Below, in pieces: positions 9,001-18,396 of a stretch of 37,040 nt of DNA (position 1 is its first letter; each line of letters opens with the position of its first letter). The position numbers were made by a program, and so were the translations under genes. The DNA comes from a virus. The stretch is from positions 1 to 37,040 of IMG/VR virus record IMGVR_UViG_3300045988_150299, one strand, 5' to 3'. The notes beneath the pieces were generated by a model that was not told the origin of the DNA, ran no database searches, and saw nothing but the letters and a program-made list of their open reading frames with translations.

Positions 9001-10975
9001 TTATTTTTATTTCTCTTTGGTTACTTGAATTTATCCTACTTCTAGTAACTCCATAAACACTTGTAAATTGCTCTTCAGTTTCTCCTAAATATTCAAAATC
9101 TATTTTATATTTTTTCTTATAAAATTCAGCCATTTCTTCTGGAGTGTTTATATTATATTTTTTTCTAGCTATTTCTCCTGCTTTTTTTATTATTTTTTCA
9201 TGTACATCTCTTATTTGTGTCTTGTCAACTATACTATCAAGACCTAGTTCTTTATAAACTATTTTTTTTACTTCTTCAACACTAATAGGTTTTATTGGCT
9301 CTGGAGTTCCATTCATATCATCTACTATATTAGTTACTTTTCTTTGAGGTGTTATATTTTTTTGTGTTCCTGGTGCTGCATTAACATCAAGCTCGTATGT
9401 ATCTCCTAAATATCCATATTGCTCTGTAAGTCTATAATCTCCATAATATTTCTTACCATCTATTTCATATTCAAAGTTGATATGGGCATCTCCCTTTAAC
9501 CATTTTTTTCTAGTAATTGGAGTTCCATGTTCTGTAATATGTACTAAGTCTTGATATGGTGTTTTCTCAATAGCTCCTCTTACATACTTAACATTTGCAC
9601 CTGGTGGAATAATTCCATCTTTTTCAAGATTTGCTTGTAATGTTCCTGTTGGAAAATCTCTATAATTATGCTTTATTTTTCTTTTTTTTCTTTCAAAAGT
9701 TTCATTATCAACTATATGATGTTGTACTTTCATATCTTCAAATAAAGGTTCATAGCCACTATCATTGCCATTAAGATTTTTATCAACCTCTTCCATCATT
9801 CCTGGAACATCAACTCTTACATCAGTTATCTTGTCTGGGTTAGTCAAGTCTAAAAAGAACTCAAAAGCTTTCTTTTCTCCCTCTCCAAGCTTTCCACTAT
9901 CAATATATTCTTTTGCTAAATTTCTTATAAGAATCGGATTTTCATTTAAAATTTTATTGAAGTCAGCTCCGTTTTGAATAAAGTCTATATCTGGGTCATC
10001 TATCATTTTCAAGACAATAGACCTAGCATATAAGTCAGCTTGAAATTTATTAACATCATTTATATATAAATGCTTAAATAAAAATCTTTCACTACCTTGT
10101 GAGCCTTTATATTCATTTATAATACCTAGATTATCTTTTATTCCTACTGTATTTTCTAAATCTTTTATAGTCATATCTCCATTATTTAATATAGAGCTTT
10201 CTTGTATTTTTTTATCAGCCTCTGAAAATAGATCTATTATTATTTCTTGGGATTTCTTTTTTCTTGCTATATTATCAAACTTAGTTTCTATTTTATTAGC
10301 TACCTTACCTATTCCCATTCCTAGACCAGCAAATAAAAGTCCTGCACCAGCTCCACCAACTCCAGAATAAATAATCTCATCAAGTTCTGGAGTTCTACCC
10401 TCTGATATATAAACATCTGCACTTTCTTGCACCATATTTTCTATACCATTTAAAACTGCCGTTGTTCCAAGTCTACCAGCCACAGAAGTAGCTCCTATAT
10501 ATCCTGCAACATATGGAGTTAAAAGATTAGTTCCAAGTAACACAGGGAGTTGTCTTACATCAGTAGCAACTCTTAAACTCTCTGCTCCTGCACTCATAGC
10601 CCACTTTTGAGTTATATTGGGTTCTAATTCTATTTTTTTTCTAAAGCTATCTTTAAAGTTACTTGCAAAATCTTTATATTTTATATGGTTTTCCTCTGCT
10701 GTTTTTAAAAAATCTATAGGTTTTGTTTCTCCTGTTGCACTTTTATATGCAGCTCCTAACCAACTATAGTAAGTTGATTTTGCAATATTTTTAGAACTAG
10801 ATAATATATCTCCTATAATTTCTAATTGTGGTATATCATAAGATACTTTATTACCTACAACGTTGAATTTTTCTATATTTTCTTTGTTAGCCTCATAATA
10901 TTCTTTATTTATTTTAATTACATCATCATTACCCTCTAAAGATAATTTATTACCATAAGTTACAAGTCCTGCCAT
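6074..10975 (-). CDS. Giant internal virion / DNA-ejection protein (T7 gp16-like by position) with a zincin HExxH motif
   Basis: 1633 aa, last of a 178/708/1633-aa series after the tail tube genes. There is a Gly-rich TM region (GVGGAGAGLLFAGLGMGIG). HEIEH is at aa 678-682 (nt 8930-8944). Confidence 0.5.
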   Translation of the reverse strand: MAGLVTYGNKLSLEGNDDVIKINKEYYEANKENIEKFNVVGNKVSYDIPQLEIIGDILSSSKNIAKSTYYSWLGAAYKSATGETKPIDFLKTAEENHIKYKDFASNFKDSFRKKIELEPNITQKWAMSAGAESLRVATDVRQLPVLLGTNLLTPYVAGYIGATSVAGRLGTTAVLNGIENMVQESADVYISEGRTPELDEIIYSGVGGAGAGLLFAGLGMGIGKVANKIETKFDNIARKKKSQEIIIDLFSEADKKIQESSILNNGDMTIKDLENTVGIKDNLGIINEYKGSQGSERFLFKHLYINDVNKFQADLYARSIVLKMIDDPDIDFIQNGADFNKILNENPILIRNLAKEYIDSGKLGEGEKKAFEFFLDLTNPDKITDVRVDVPGMMEEVDKNLNGNDSGYEPLFEDMKVQHHIVDNETFERKKRKIKHNYRDFPTGTLQANLEKDGIIPPGANVKYVRGAIEKTPYQDLVHITEHGTPITRKKWLKGDAHINFEYEIDGKKYYGDYRLTEQYGYLGDTYELDVNAAPGTQKNITPQRKVTNIVDDMNGTPEPIKPISVEEVKKIVYKELGLDSIVDKTQIRDVHEKIIKKAGEIARKKYNINTPEEMAEFYKKKYKIDFEYLGETEEQFTSVYGVTRSRINSSNQREIKISLNPLMMKDDLDLKLGTLRHEIEHAIDKYQAPGFKSIKFQKKDIADMTFGEAIEDMTKGHFSKYPDVNFEISYIINDKINNMLKDGKINSETVELLDLQLPKNTGTEDIVAFSNMIDSVKGIKDPGKKIAELRKSFSKYAKWKNDIPEIFWKAKDVGQASSLMSEYLETNLFIPYEKTKQQMEGMLTNAFNITYKGEKLNPDKLISLFEENGENLTHYLFRWNYKSLPDSLKELEPEILRLREEFYSTMKELTNGYEITVDDIVNNFMFDHNLSAEKYIRQEDILKYLGDDKKVDLDKFIRGDLSYDDLVELNIPERLLTIRNAFAEDNLEFFESAPETLINNLKGKNKAPKEKIIKLMAKANECMSSSDKKALVKKYKLEGIPQIKEFIEKSDFYKEVDTNLIAQNILESRKNNAKYFYTMDMMSKKGSYKNKFLGGHLHRFGRFDDFINGEKIIKRKNLTRLVNKNKTSDRTAIRRFIREISVAKAIKDNLPGHGMNGIERILNETQRKTANDTYKTLVRAIEKKIDDRIGMDLGRITKPPKTIADKAITNFLSYSNKVSLTGLKFTKDFIFEAPTMARASTMLYNSAGITETYKNFLKAAQVLYLSKEMFDKYDKALGSRFEYSVPLKFFNSIMDKADDVTGEIAERINKYGRKWEKIISGIDTGLNKLNFYGESQKVMKLAAFFEGAEILRNMSKFQDLDDLFKNNTAYMKNLFKNVGIDDLDFYFIKKLKDIPEFNELGVFNEVDLFDFINKSEVEKQLGRVLYNEEFDLIRKNITEKITKLHDKIVTDISPTETNASMRAVIENIENPIHRNFMRLMGNFKTSIQEQWRRLGRDLYASNIVDGHFDWGNKIWQKRLFKHILGVTGLYGGLALVTDLDFYTDPIATINEKIDDLIDSPGSAFWEVLDSQINSWALVNGSAVARRPIQIAQNLSKGDFEKAGANILKLGLGTSNVNMAKTGYSLAEKIVGE

Positions 10976-13101
10976 TATTCCTCCTTAATAAACTCTTCTA
11001 CATCAAATACTGCATATCCGTTATCAGTAAATACAGGTTGCCCGCCATAGAAAAGTCTTACCTTTGTACTTCCTATGTCTTGTACAAAAGTTATATTTTT
11101 CTTATCTCCTATTTCTTTAATAGTTCCATTCAAATTAACTTTATATGTATTTTTAGCTATCATTTCATTTATAGCTTTTTGAGTTTTTTCTATATCTCTT
11201 TCTTTAACAACAAAACCTCTATCTATTTGACCTGTTATAAAGTTAGTTCTCTCCTCTTCTTTTATTATTTTAGGTGCAAATATAACTCTATTATTCCCTA
11301 GATTAATAGTATCTAGCCCCTCTGTCATAGCATTAACTACATTTTCTACCCTAGAATTTACAGTTTCTCTTATTGATTTATCATTTTCTAAAACTCCTTT
11401 TAGGAAAGTCCTTTGTTGCTCTGGGGTTAAACTAGCTATAGGTTGCCCTACATACTTCTCTTTTAGTCCTCCTTTATCAGCTAAATCATCTGTTATTACA
11501 CCACCATATTTAGAATACAATTCTAGTATTAGTGTGTCAGTTGCTATTTGAGTTATATCTTTAGTAGCTCTTGTAGCTGCTAAACTTCCATTATTGGCTG
11601 CAACTTGTAGTCCAGCTATTTTACCACCTGCAGCTATTGACATTGTCTTTTGTGGTTTTCTACTAACCTGGCCAGACATAAAACTTGTAGGAGTAGCATA
11701 ATATGGGTCATCTACTCCTTGAAATTCTGTATTATATTCTTTTAAAGTAGAAAAATCAGTTATTTGAACTTTATCAAAATTAGCAAGTATTTTTCTGTTA
11801 TCAGAACTATATACTTTGTCAAACTCATCTTTAAAGGTAGTATTCATCTGGTATGTTTCCATAAGCATACTTCCACCTATTATATTCTCATCTGTGGTAT
11901 CATAGAAGTTTTTTACTGCTCCATATCCATAACCATTAGCTAATCTTTCAGCTTCTTGTTGTCTAAAGTTCATTATTCCTTCTCCTGTTAAATTAGGATT
12001 TTTATATACTTCTGTGGTATCATTTAAACCTTTTTCTTTCCAAGGTGGGTTATATCCAGCCTCTATTAGTCCATTTATTGTGGTAGGTATATTTGGTATA
12101 CCCTCCAATCCATGTGCGTAATATGTAGCTTTTACATGTGTGCTTTCTGGAATATACCCATCTGCTGACACTTGGTCTTCTGTTAAAGCAATTTCTAAAG
12201 AGTTTGTTTTTTTCTTTTGTTCATACTTTAATCTCTCAACCATAGTATTTTGCTTATTTAATTTTTCTTTATTATTTATTCTTGTAATTCCACTTGTTAT
12301 AGTAGATTGAAATTTGTTATAGTCATCTACTGTCAAATAAAATTCTCCTGTATCATTTTTAAAGTTAAGTTCTGAAAACTTTTCCATAAATTGAGAAGTA
12401 TTCCAAGTAGACATATTTTCAAGAACTGATTTACCATTTGGTTGATTTACAAAAGATGATACATAACTTACTATAATATCTTGTCTTTGCTTGCTAGCGA
12501 GTTCAATAGCTTTTATCCCATCTATATATCCTGCTTCTATTGCTCTATCTAAATCTTGAGCTACATTGTAAAAACCTTGTACTGCTCCTTGATAATCTCC
12601 AAGCATAGCAACTGATGAAAGATTATCTCCTTTCATTCTTATAATTCTGTTAGCTTCATCTTTTTGAATTTTCTCATTATAGTCATTATATTCAACTAAA
12701 TAATTTACATTTGATTTTTCAAGTTCTCCTGTTACCATAGAACTATATTTTTCTAATATAGAATCATCTATTCCTAATTCTTTTCCATCTTTTTTAAATT
12801 GCTCTATATTATCTTTTATTTCACTTTCTAAAGAGTTATAAGAATCAAAATCATGGAATAATTTTTTATTTATTTTTCCCTGGTTATCTCTATCTAATAT
12901 CATTTTAGACATAGAGGCAGCAAATTGCTGCCCGAATGTTTCTGCTTGTATTAAGTCTTGTTTTTGTTTTTTTTGGAAAAGTTCCTCAAGTTTAGTAGCT
13001 GCATTTCTCTCTACTCCAAAATCTGCAGCTATATTTAATTGTGGTACTGCTCTACCACTTGGTCTATTTATTTTTAAAGGTTGTATTAGTGTTCCTGCCA
13101 T
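10975..13101 (-). CDS. Internal virion protein (T7 gp15-like by position and size)
   Basis: 708 aa. Its start and stop overlap both neighbours (ATGA-type coupling). Assigned by synteny only. Confidence 0.45.
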   Translation of the reverse strand: MAGTLIQPLKINRPSGRAVPQLNIAADFGVERNAATKLEELFQKKQKQDLIQAETFGQQFAASMSKMILDRDNQGKINKKLFHDFDSYNSLESEIKDNIEQFKKDGKELGIDDSILEKYSSMVTGELEKSNVNYLVEYNDYNEKIQKDEANRIIRMKGDNLSSVAMLGDYQGAVQGFYNVAQDLDRAIEAGYIDGIKAIELASKQRQDIIVSYVSSFVNQPNGKSVLENMSTWNTSQFMEKFSELNFKNDTGEFYLTVDDYNKFQSTITSGITRINNKEKLNKQNTMVERLKYEQKKKTNSLEIALTEDQVSADGYIPESTHVKATYYAHGLEGIPNIPTTINGLIEAGYNPPWKEKGLNDTTEVYKNPNLTGEGIMNFRQQEAERLANGYGYGAVKNFYDTTDENIIGGSMLMETYQMNTTFKDEFDKVYSSDNRKILANFDKVQITDFSTLKEYNTEFQGVDDPYYATPTSFMSGQVSRKPQKTMSIAAGGKIAGLQVAANNGSLAATRATKDITQIATDTLILELYSKYGGVITDDLADKGGLKEKYVGQPIASLTPEQQRTFLKGVLENDKSIRETVNSRVENVVNAMTEGLDTINLGNNRVIFAPKIIKEEERTNFITGQIDRGFVVKERDIEKTQKAINEMIAKNTYKVNLNGTIKEIGDKKNITFVQDIGSTKVRLFYGGQPVFTDNGYAVFDVEEFIKEE

Positions 13102-13637
13102 TATTTACCACCCCATAAACTTCCTATCATACTTCCATATCCTCCACCTCGAATACCTTTATTTTTATTTATACTTGTTATTTCGTCCATTTTTTTCATA
13201 TGTGTGTAGTCCATAAAGGCATTAGCTACACTTAACCCTGCACTCAATCCAAGTTGCTTATAAGTTGCTCCTAAATTATAATTATTTTGAGCTTTAGTTA
13301 GTTTAAGTCCTCCTTGTATCTCTGTTAGTGCTTCACTCTGTCCTGTCTTAGCTTCTAGGAATGATTTTTCATGTGCTGTCATTCCTTTGCTAAATAATGT
13401 GCTAGCTGTATCTATTCCAGCATTAGCAAAAGCTGCTTTTTGAGATTTCATTCTAGTAGTCATCTCTTCCATAGCTGATGTATAGCTCCTCATAGTATTG
13501 GTAGTTTCTTTAGCTGCATTTACTTCTGTTGTTAAATTATTTAATTTTGTTTGATTCTTTGCTCTTCCAGCGTCTGCCACTGAACCGAATAGACTTAGTC
13601 CAGTGCTTGCTAATTGCATTATCATTAATGGATTCAT
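13101..13637 (-). CDS. Small internal virion protein (T7 gp14-like by position)
   Basis: 178 aa with a hydrophobic N-terminus (MNPLMIMQLASTGLSLFG) and a Gly-rich C-terminus. Assigned by synteny. Confidence 0.4.
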   Translation of the reverse strand: MNPLMIMQLASTGLSLFGSVADAGRAKNQTKLNNLTTEVNAAKETTNTMRSYTSAMEEMTTRMKSQKAAFANAGIDTASTLFSKGMTAHEKSFLEAKTGQSEALTEIQGGLKLTKAQNNYNLGATYKQLGLSAGLSVANAFMDYTHMKKMDEITSINKNKGIRGGGYGSMIGSLWGGK

Positions 13638-13652
13638 ATTCTCACACTCCTA

Positions 13653-15449
13653 TTATCCTATTTCTGCAAATATTCCTACTATTTCAATTTTCTCATCATT
13701 GAGTTGCTCTATAACTAATTCCTCTTTTCCAATGTTGGCCATGTCTATGTAGTGAATTTTTTCATAAAAATTATCTGTATTTTCTCCAAAGCCTACTGAT
13801 TTAGTTTGGTTATTTATTTTTAAGTTATAATTTCCATAACACAAAATCTTACAATTTTTAAATCTTGCTTTCATTAAAAATTCTGGAATTGGCATTTGGT
13901 AGTTTTGCGACATAGTTGTTTTTGGTAGTTTTAACTTTAAAGGTTCTACCTCTGTACTTGAATAAGTGTATATATCTATATTTTCATTATTAGCATTGAA
14001 GATATAGAGTTTATCATCTATATTAAGATATTCATTTATTCCAGGCAATTTAGGTACTCTAGTCCAACATAATATATTTTCCGAATAATTATAACTTAAT
14101 GCTCTTCCACCACTTACTGTATCTACTCCTATAATGTTGTTTTTACCAATTTTATGAAAGTAAATATCATTGATGTTATCCATTAAGTGTCCAGAATATA
14201 GTGTTACTTCCTGCACTACATAAGCACTATCTGCCCCTACGTCTTGTATTTGATAGATTCTATTGGAACTGTCAACATAGTATATTGCGTCGTCTGCCTC
14301 TGTCCAATACCCAAGCCCTTTAGGTCTTGGTAGTTTTTGGTCGTACAGTGCTGATGTTTCAGTAGTTAGTCCCTCATTTAATTGTGTGGAATAAATTCCT
14401 CTATCTGTTATTACTATCAAGGATTTATAAGCTATAAACTCTTTAACAGTATTAACTTCATTACCAGTAACAAAGGTAGTAAATCCATCATTATCATCTG
14501 TTGATTGTCTGAAATTAGTAGAATCATAAACTCTACTTGATACTATCGCTGATGGGTTACCTGCAACATTCCCAAATATAACTCTTCCTTTATACTCTGC
14601 CACTACTGCTGGATATCCTCCATTGAATAGGGATTCAGAGAAAGTTATATCAAGGATATTTATTTTTCTTTCAGCTTCTGGAGTTGATGAGGTAGGAATA
14701 TCTATTCCAGTTGCTGGTGCTGTAACTTGTGTAGTAGTTATCTTTTGTTTTCCATCTCTATTCTCTATTTTATTGATTCTAAATTCTCCAGCCATATAGG
14801 AAATAGTTCCCTCTTTTAATTTGTCCAGGAATGTAGGTTTAAATACAGGACTTGAGATAGTAGATTCAAAGACAACACTTGCTCCAGATTGATACCATTG
14901 AAATACTTGTTTTTCTTCATCTGTATATTGATATTGAGTTTCCACTCTTTTTACTGGAGGATTTACTATATTTTCCCAATACTCTACTACATCAAACTCT
15001 TGACTATCTTCTGTAACTCTTATCATCTCTGGTTTTTTATTAGCTACACAAGTTATAACACTATTTTGGAATTGTGCTATACTTAGATTCTCAATCTCTT
15101 CATCTGTGTAATTTACTTCTATTTCCTTTATAACTTCAAAGTTATCTTCTCTTAATATAATTACTTTTAATTCGTTAAATAAAAAAAGATACCCACTAAG
15201 CGAGGTATCTTTCTTTTGAATTTTATATTTAAAAATCTTGAAAGCATTTATAATAGTTTTAGTTGTAACTGCTTGAATAGTAGCAACTTTTTTTAATGCT
15301 GGGAAATTAGTTATTCCTGCTGAAGAGGTTATAAGTCCATTTTCTAAATAGGCTAATCCTCTGTTTGGTATATCTGTATCTACCCTAAAACATAGTGGTG
15401 GGTCTATCTCCCCTAAAGAGAACCTCCCCTTTTTTTCATAATATTTCAT
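13653..15449 (-). CDS. Tail tubular protein B / nozzle-like protein
   Basis: 598 aa, immediately after the putative adaptor and before the ejection proteins. Assigned by synteny with T7-like virion modules. Confidence 0.4.
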   Translation of the reverse strand: MKYYEKKGRFSLGEIDPPLCFRVDTDIPNRGLAYLENGLITSSAGITNFPALKKVATIQAVTTKTIINAFKIFKYKIQKKDTSLSGYLFLFNELKVIILREDNFEVIKEIEVNYTDEEIENLSIAQFQNSVITCVANKKPEMIRVTEDSQEFDVVEYWENIVNPPVKRVETQYQYTDEEKQVFQWYQSGASVVFESTISSPVFKPTFLDKLKEGTISYMAGEFRINKIENRDGKQKITTTQVTAPATGIDIPTSSTPEAERKINILDITFSESLFNGGYPAVVAEYKGRVIFGNVAGNPSAIVSSRVYDSTNFRQSTDDNDGFTTFVTGNEVNTVKEFIAYKSLIVITDRGIYSTQLNEGLTTETSALYDQKLPRPKGLGYWTEADDAIYYVDSSNRIYQIQDVGADSAYVVQEVTLYSGHLMDNINDIYFHKIGKNNIIGVDTVSGGRALSYNYSENILCWTRVPKLPGINEYLNIDDKLYIFNANNENIDIYTYSSTEVEPLKLKLPKTTMSQNYQMPIPEFLMKARFKNCKILCYGNYNLKINNQTKSVGFGENTDNFYEKIHYIDMANIGKEELVIEQLNDEKIEIVGIFAEIG

Positions 15450-15458
15450 TGTTGCCTC

Positions 15459-15977
15459 CTATCTTAAATCCTCTATATTAATTATTGGAGGATTGTCATG
15501 TATAAATTTATTTTGCTCTGCTAAGAAAAGTTCATACAATCTACTTAATTCTCCAGCTTTAGAAAGTGGAGCTGCCATCATAATGGCTAAAGATATACTA
15601 GCAAGTCTTGTATATTTCTCCTCTATTTCTTCTGGGTCTATCTTTTTCAAGTATTTAAATAAAAAATTATTTTTTGAACTGATTAATTTATCCCTATAAG
15701 CCTCTACACCACTTGTTAGTGATTTTATATACCCATCTGGTTTTAAGTAAATTATCTTCCCAGGCATATTTTGTACATCAGCTTTTCTTAGTACCACTTT
15801 ATCTATATTAATTCCATAATTTTCATTTTGTAACATATCATTTATCATCATCATATAATAATTATTTCCTGTCTTATAAGCTGATGCCGTTTCCTGGTCT
15901 GCCTCATCATAAGGAAAGCCAAGCTCTAGCATAGCTGCTCTAATCACTTCGTGCTTTTTCAATATTAATACCTCCAT
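15459..15977 (-). CDS. Head-tail adaptor / tail tubular protein A-like protein
   Basis: 172 aa, assigned by position. A TTG at 15962 preceded by GGAGG is an alternative start. Confidence 0.35.
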   Translation of the reverse strand: MEVLILKKHEVIRAAMLELGFPYDEADQETASAYKTGNNYYMMMINDMLQNENYGINIDKVVLRKADVQNMPGKIIYLKPDGYIKSLTSGVEAYRDKLISSKNNFLFKYLKKIDPEEIEEKYTRLASISLAIMMAAPLSKAGELSRLYELFLAEQNKFIHDNPPIINIEDLR

Positions 15978-16134
15978 CTATAAGTTTTTCTATGACAGAT
16001 AATTGTTCAAGAGTAGTCGCTGCTTCAATCCCTACTCTTCCAACAACTAAAAAGAAAGTTCTAGTTTTAATATATTTCTTTTTTAATAGATACCTCATTA
16101 ATTTATAAAACATTAAAAATAATTTATTTCTCAT
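15940..16134 (-). CDS. Hypothetical small protein (uncertain)
   Basis: 64-aa ORF with SD GAGGAGG 6 nt upstream of its ATG. It overlaps the end of the recombinase gene and the start of the next gene. Confidence 0.3.
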   Translation of the reverse strand: MRNKLFLMFYKLMRYLLKKKYIKTRTFFLVVGRVGIEAATTLEQLSVIEKLIDGGINIEKARSD

Positions 16135-16819
16135 TTTGTGCCTCCTCTAGTATAATATTTTTCTTATACTTGTAATATGTATTCTTAGTTATTCCTAGCA
16201 GTGTAAAGACTTCTATATCTTTAAGATTTCCTCCAAAATCTTTAGCTAGTTTTTTTATTTTCTCTCTCATCTCCTTTTCTTTCTTGGTAGTATAAGTATC
16301 TCCTTGTTTTCTACCTAATACAGTTCCTTTAGCTTTGGTAACTCTTAGTCCCTCTTTTGTTCTTTCTCTAAGGTCTAATACTTCCTTTTCAGCCTGGTCA
16401 AATGCTATTTTAATTTGTTCTTGAGCTAATATCTTCAATACTTCATTGGTTGCGTCTATGTATATATCAGCTATTTTATTTCCTGTTGAATCTATTTTAT
16501 TCTCTAAAGCTTTTTTATAAAGGGCTGTATTGATATATCCCTCTTTTAAAAATATAAGTTCAATATCTCTTTCTACAAAATTAAAATATTCTTTTATTCC
16601 CTCTTCTGCATTTCTACTCATTCTACTAACAGAATCAAATATAATTGTATCTCCGGGTTTAACCATTTTTTTTAGCTTACTCCATTCTTTTCTATCTGTT
16701 GTAGTTCCTGTATATGCTTCTTGAAATACTTTAGCAGTTGGATATATCTTTATGATATTTTCCACCTGTCTTAAAATATTTTGTTTTTTTGTAGATACTC
16801 TGCAATAACCATATATCAT
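16124..16819 (-). CDS. Small serine recombinase (resolvase/invertase family)
   Basis: N-terminal catalytic motif YCRVSTKKQ, then FDSVSRMSRN and LRERTKEGL. C-terminal HTH (LGITKNTYYKYKK). At 231 aa it has no large-serine-integrase extension. Confidence 0.85.
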   Translation of the reverse strand: MIYGYCRVSTKKQNILRQVENIIKIYPTAKVFQEAYTGTTTDRKEWSKLKKMVKPGDTIIFDSVSRMSRNAEEGIKEYFNFVERDIELIFLKEGYINTALYKKALENKIDSTGNKIADIYIDATNEVLKILAQEQIKIAFDQAEKEVLDLRERTKEGLRVTKAKGTVLGRKQGDTYTTKKEKEMREKIKKLAKDFGGNLKDIEVFTLLGITKNTYYKYKKNIILEEAQNEK

Positions 16820-16865
16820 CTTTTATCTCTCCTTTTAGTATTTATTCTGTCGTTCGTTTCACTTA

Positions 16866-16902
16866 ATACCATAATTATACTATTTTTAGAGATAAAAAAC
16901 AA
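16866..16902 (-). promoter_or_regulatory. Recombinase promoter (TTGTTT-17-TATAAT) overlapping an imperfect 18-bp palindrome (candidate res or operator site)
   Basis: -35 is the reverse complement of 16897-16902. -10 is the reverse complement of 16874-16879. The palindrome ATAccATAATTATacTAT is at 16866-16883. Confidence 0.4.
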
Positions 16903-16921
16903 TGTACTTTTAATACTTTTT

Positions 16922-17173
16922 TTAATAGGTTTGTTTTGATACTTTTTTGTGTTTTCTACTTTTTATATTAGTAGTTAAAACTACAAGTAAAAATTGTTTA
17001 GGTACAAAGTCACAATCTTTGTATTTTTTACACCTACAATATCTAACTTTACTTATAACACTTACTATTTTTTTACCTCTTGGTAAAACTTTATATTTTA
17101 CTTTGCTATGGTGCTTAGGTTTTTTCTTTTTGTTCCAGGTTTTCATTTTACCACGGCCAATCTGAAAATACAC
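16922..17173 (-). CDS. Highly basic small protein (probable start at the ATG at 17146)
   Basis: KTWNKKKKPKHHSKVKYKVLPRGKK... with a CRCKKYKDC cysteine cluster. The internal ATG follows the upstream stop by one base. Confidence 0.4.
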   Translation of the reverse strand: MYFQIGRGKMKTWNKKKKPKHHSKVKYKVLPRGKKIVSVISKVRYCRCKKYKDCDFVPKQFLLVVLTTNIKSRKHKKVSKQTY

Positions 17174-17810
17174 TTTCTAGGCAAATTGATTCTCCATCTG
17201 TGCTTTCCATACCTATTATATTTGTAAACCAAAAGTTAATTTCTTCAAATCCGTTTGCCACTTTTTTTAAATGTTCTTTAGGAATAATTATTCCTGTTTT
17301 AATTTTATCAGAACCATTACCACATAAAGCTCCCCCAATTCTAGTAAACTCTTCTAAAGAAGTTAGAATTATAAATTCATTATCTAAATTTTTTCTTATA
17401 AAGTTAGCAACATTTCTACCAGTAAATCCAATAACTTCATCAGAATATAATTTTTCAAATATTCCTTTCATCATATGAATTAATGCACTTGTATTAATAA
17501 ATGAATATACACAAGTTTCTCCAGTAGGTTTAATTAGTAATTTTATGTCTATACTATGTTCAACTGCTATTACTTCTTTGATTATCTTTTTAGTTATGCC
17601 AAGTATATTCTTTTCATCAACTTCTTTTTTCTTTTTTTCTATTCCTAATATATCAATTATTTTAACTCTTTCATCTTCATAACCTTTTAAATTTAAAATA
17701 TCTTCCAATGATTCTATTTTTATTTTTTTTAGGGTTTTAAAAGGAGTGGCACAAATACCATAAGGTGGCATATTTCTATAATTCATCATTTTTTTCATCT
17801 CCCATTCCAT
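17148..17810 (-). CDS. Hypothetical protein
   Basis: 220-aa ORF. The likely start is Met-8 at 17789, preceded by GGGAG. No recognisable motif. Confidence 0.5.
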   Translation of the reverse strand: MEWEMKKMMNYRNMPPYGICATPFKTLKKIKIESLEDILNLKGYEDERVKIIDILGIEKKKKEVDEKNILGITKKIIKEVIAVEHSIDIKLLIKPTGETCVYSFINTSALIHMMKGIFEKLYSDEVIGFTGRNVANFIRKNLDNEFIILTSLEEFTRIGGALCGNGSDKIKTGIIIPKEHLKKVANGFEEINFWFTNIIGMESTDGESICLESVFSDWPW

Positions 17811-18393
17811 AAAATCTTACCTTTGTTTCTCCTTTTGGTACTGGTGTAGTCAATCCTTCATAATATCTTCTGTTTTTTTCTAAGTTTTTAGCTATCAACT
17901 CATCACACCTTTCAGAAATTTTTTTAGCTCTTTCTATCTCTTTTATTTTCTTTTCAATAATAGGTGCAACTCCCCAAGGACACTCAATAGGTTCTTTATC
18001 TATTCTTTTAAGTAATTTTTTTAATATATCAAGATACTCTTTAGATGGTTTTTTAACACTATCAATTCTCATTATATAGTTGTTCAAATGGAATAACTCT
18101 TCTATAACCTCTTGTTCTGTTAAGAAAAACTTTTCATAATACCTTCCCAAAACTCTTGCTGGTTCTATGTATGTTTTTTCAGTTATTAAAACTAATGTTA
18201 AGTCATATTTCAATCCACAAGCATATATTTTTTTAACTGTTCTTACACCTAAAAATTCTCCTAATATATAAGTAGTAACCTCTTCTCCAAAATCATTAAC
18301 GTCTTTTTGAATTGGTATTTTTGGTAAATCAAACGCTTCAAACATTGCCACTGCTATCTTTAAATCATCTTCTAAAAAACTCATATTATTCAC
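17776..18393 (-). CDS. Hypothetical protein
   Basis: 205-aa ORF in the accessory block. No recognisable motif. Confidence 0.5.
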   Translation of the reverse strand: MNNMSFLEDDLKIAVAMFEAFDLPKIPIQKDVNDFGEEVTTYILGEFLGVRTVKKIYACGLKYDLTLVLITEKTYIEPARVLGRYYEKFFLTEQEVIEELFHLNNYIMRIDSVKKPSKEYLDILKKLLKRIDKEPIECPWGVAPIIEKKIKEIERAKKISERCDELIAKNLEKNRRYYEGLTTPVPKGETKVRFYGMGDEKNDEL

Positions 18394-18396
18394 TCC

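Noticed and set aside
16124-16819. Serine recombinase as the prophage integrase
   Set aside because: It is only 231 aa, with a simple C-terminal HTH. It lacks the long recombinase and zinc-ribbon extension of large serine integrases. No attP candidate was found, and a complete plasmid maintenance module is present.
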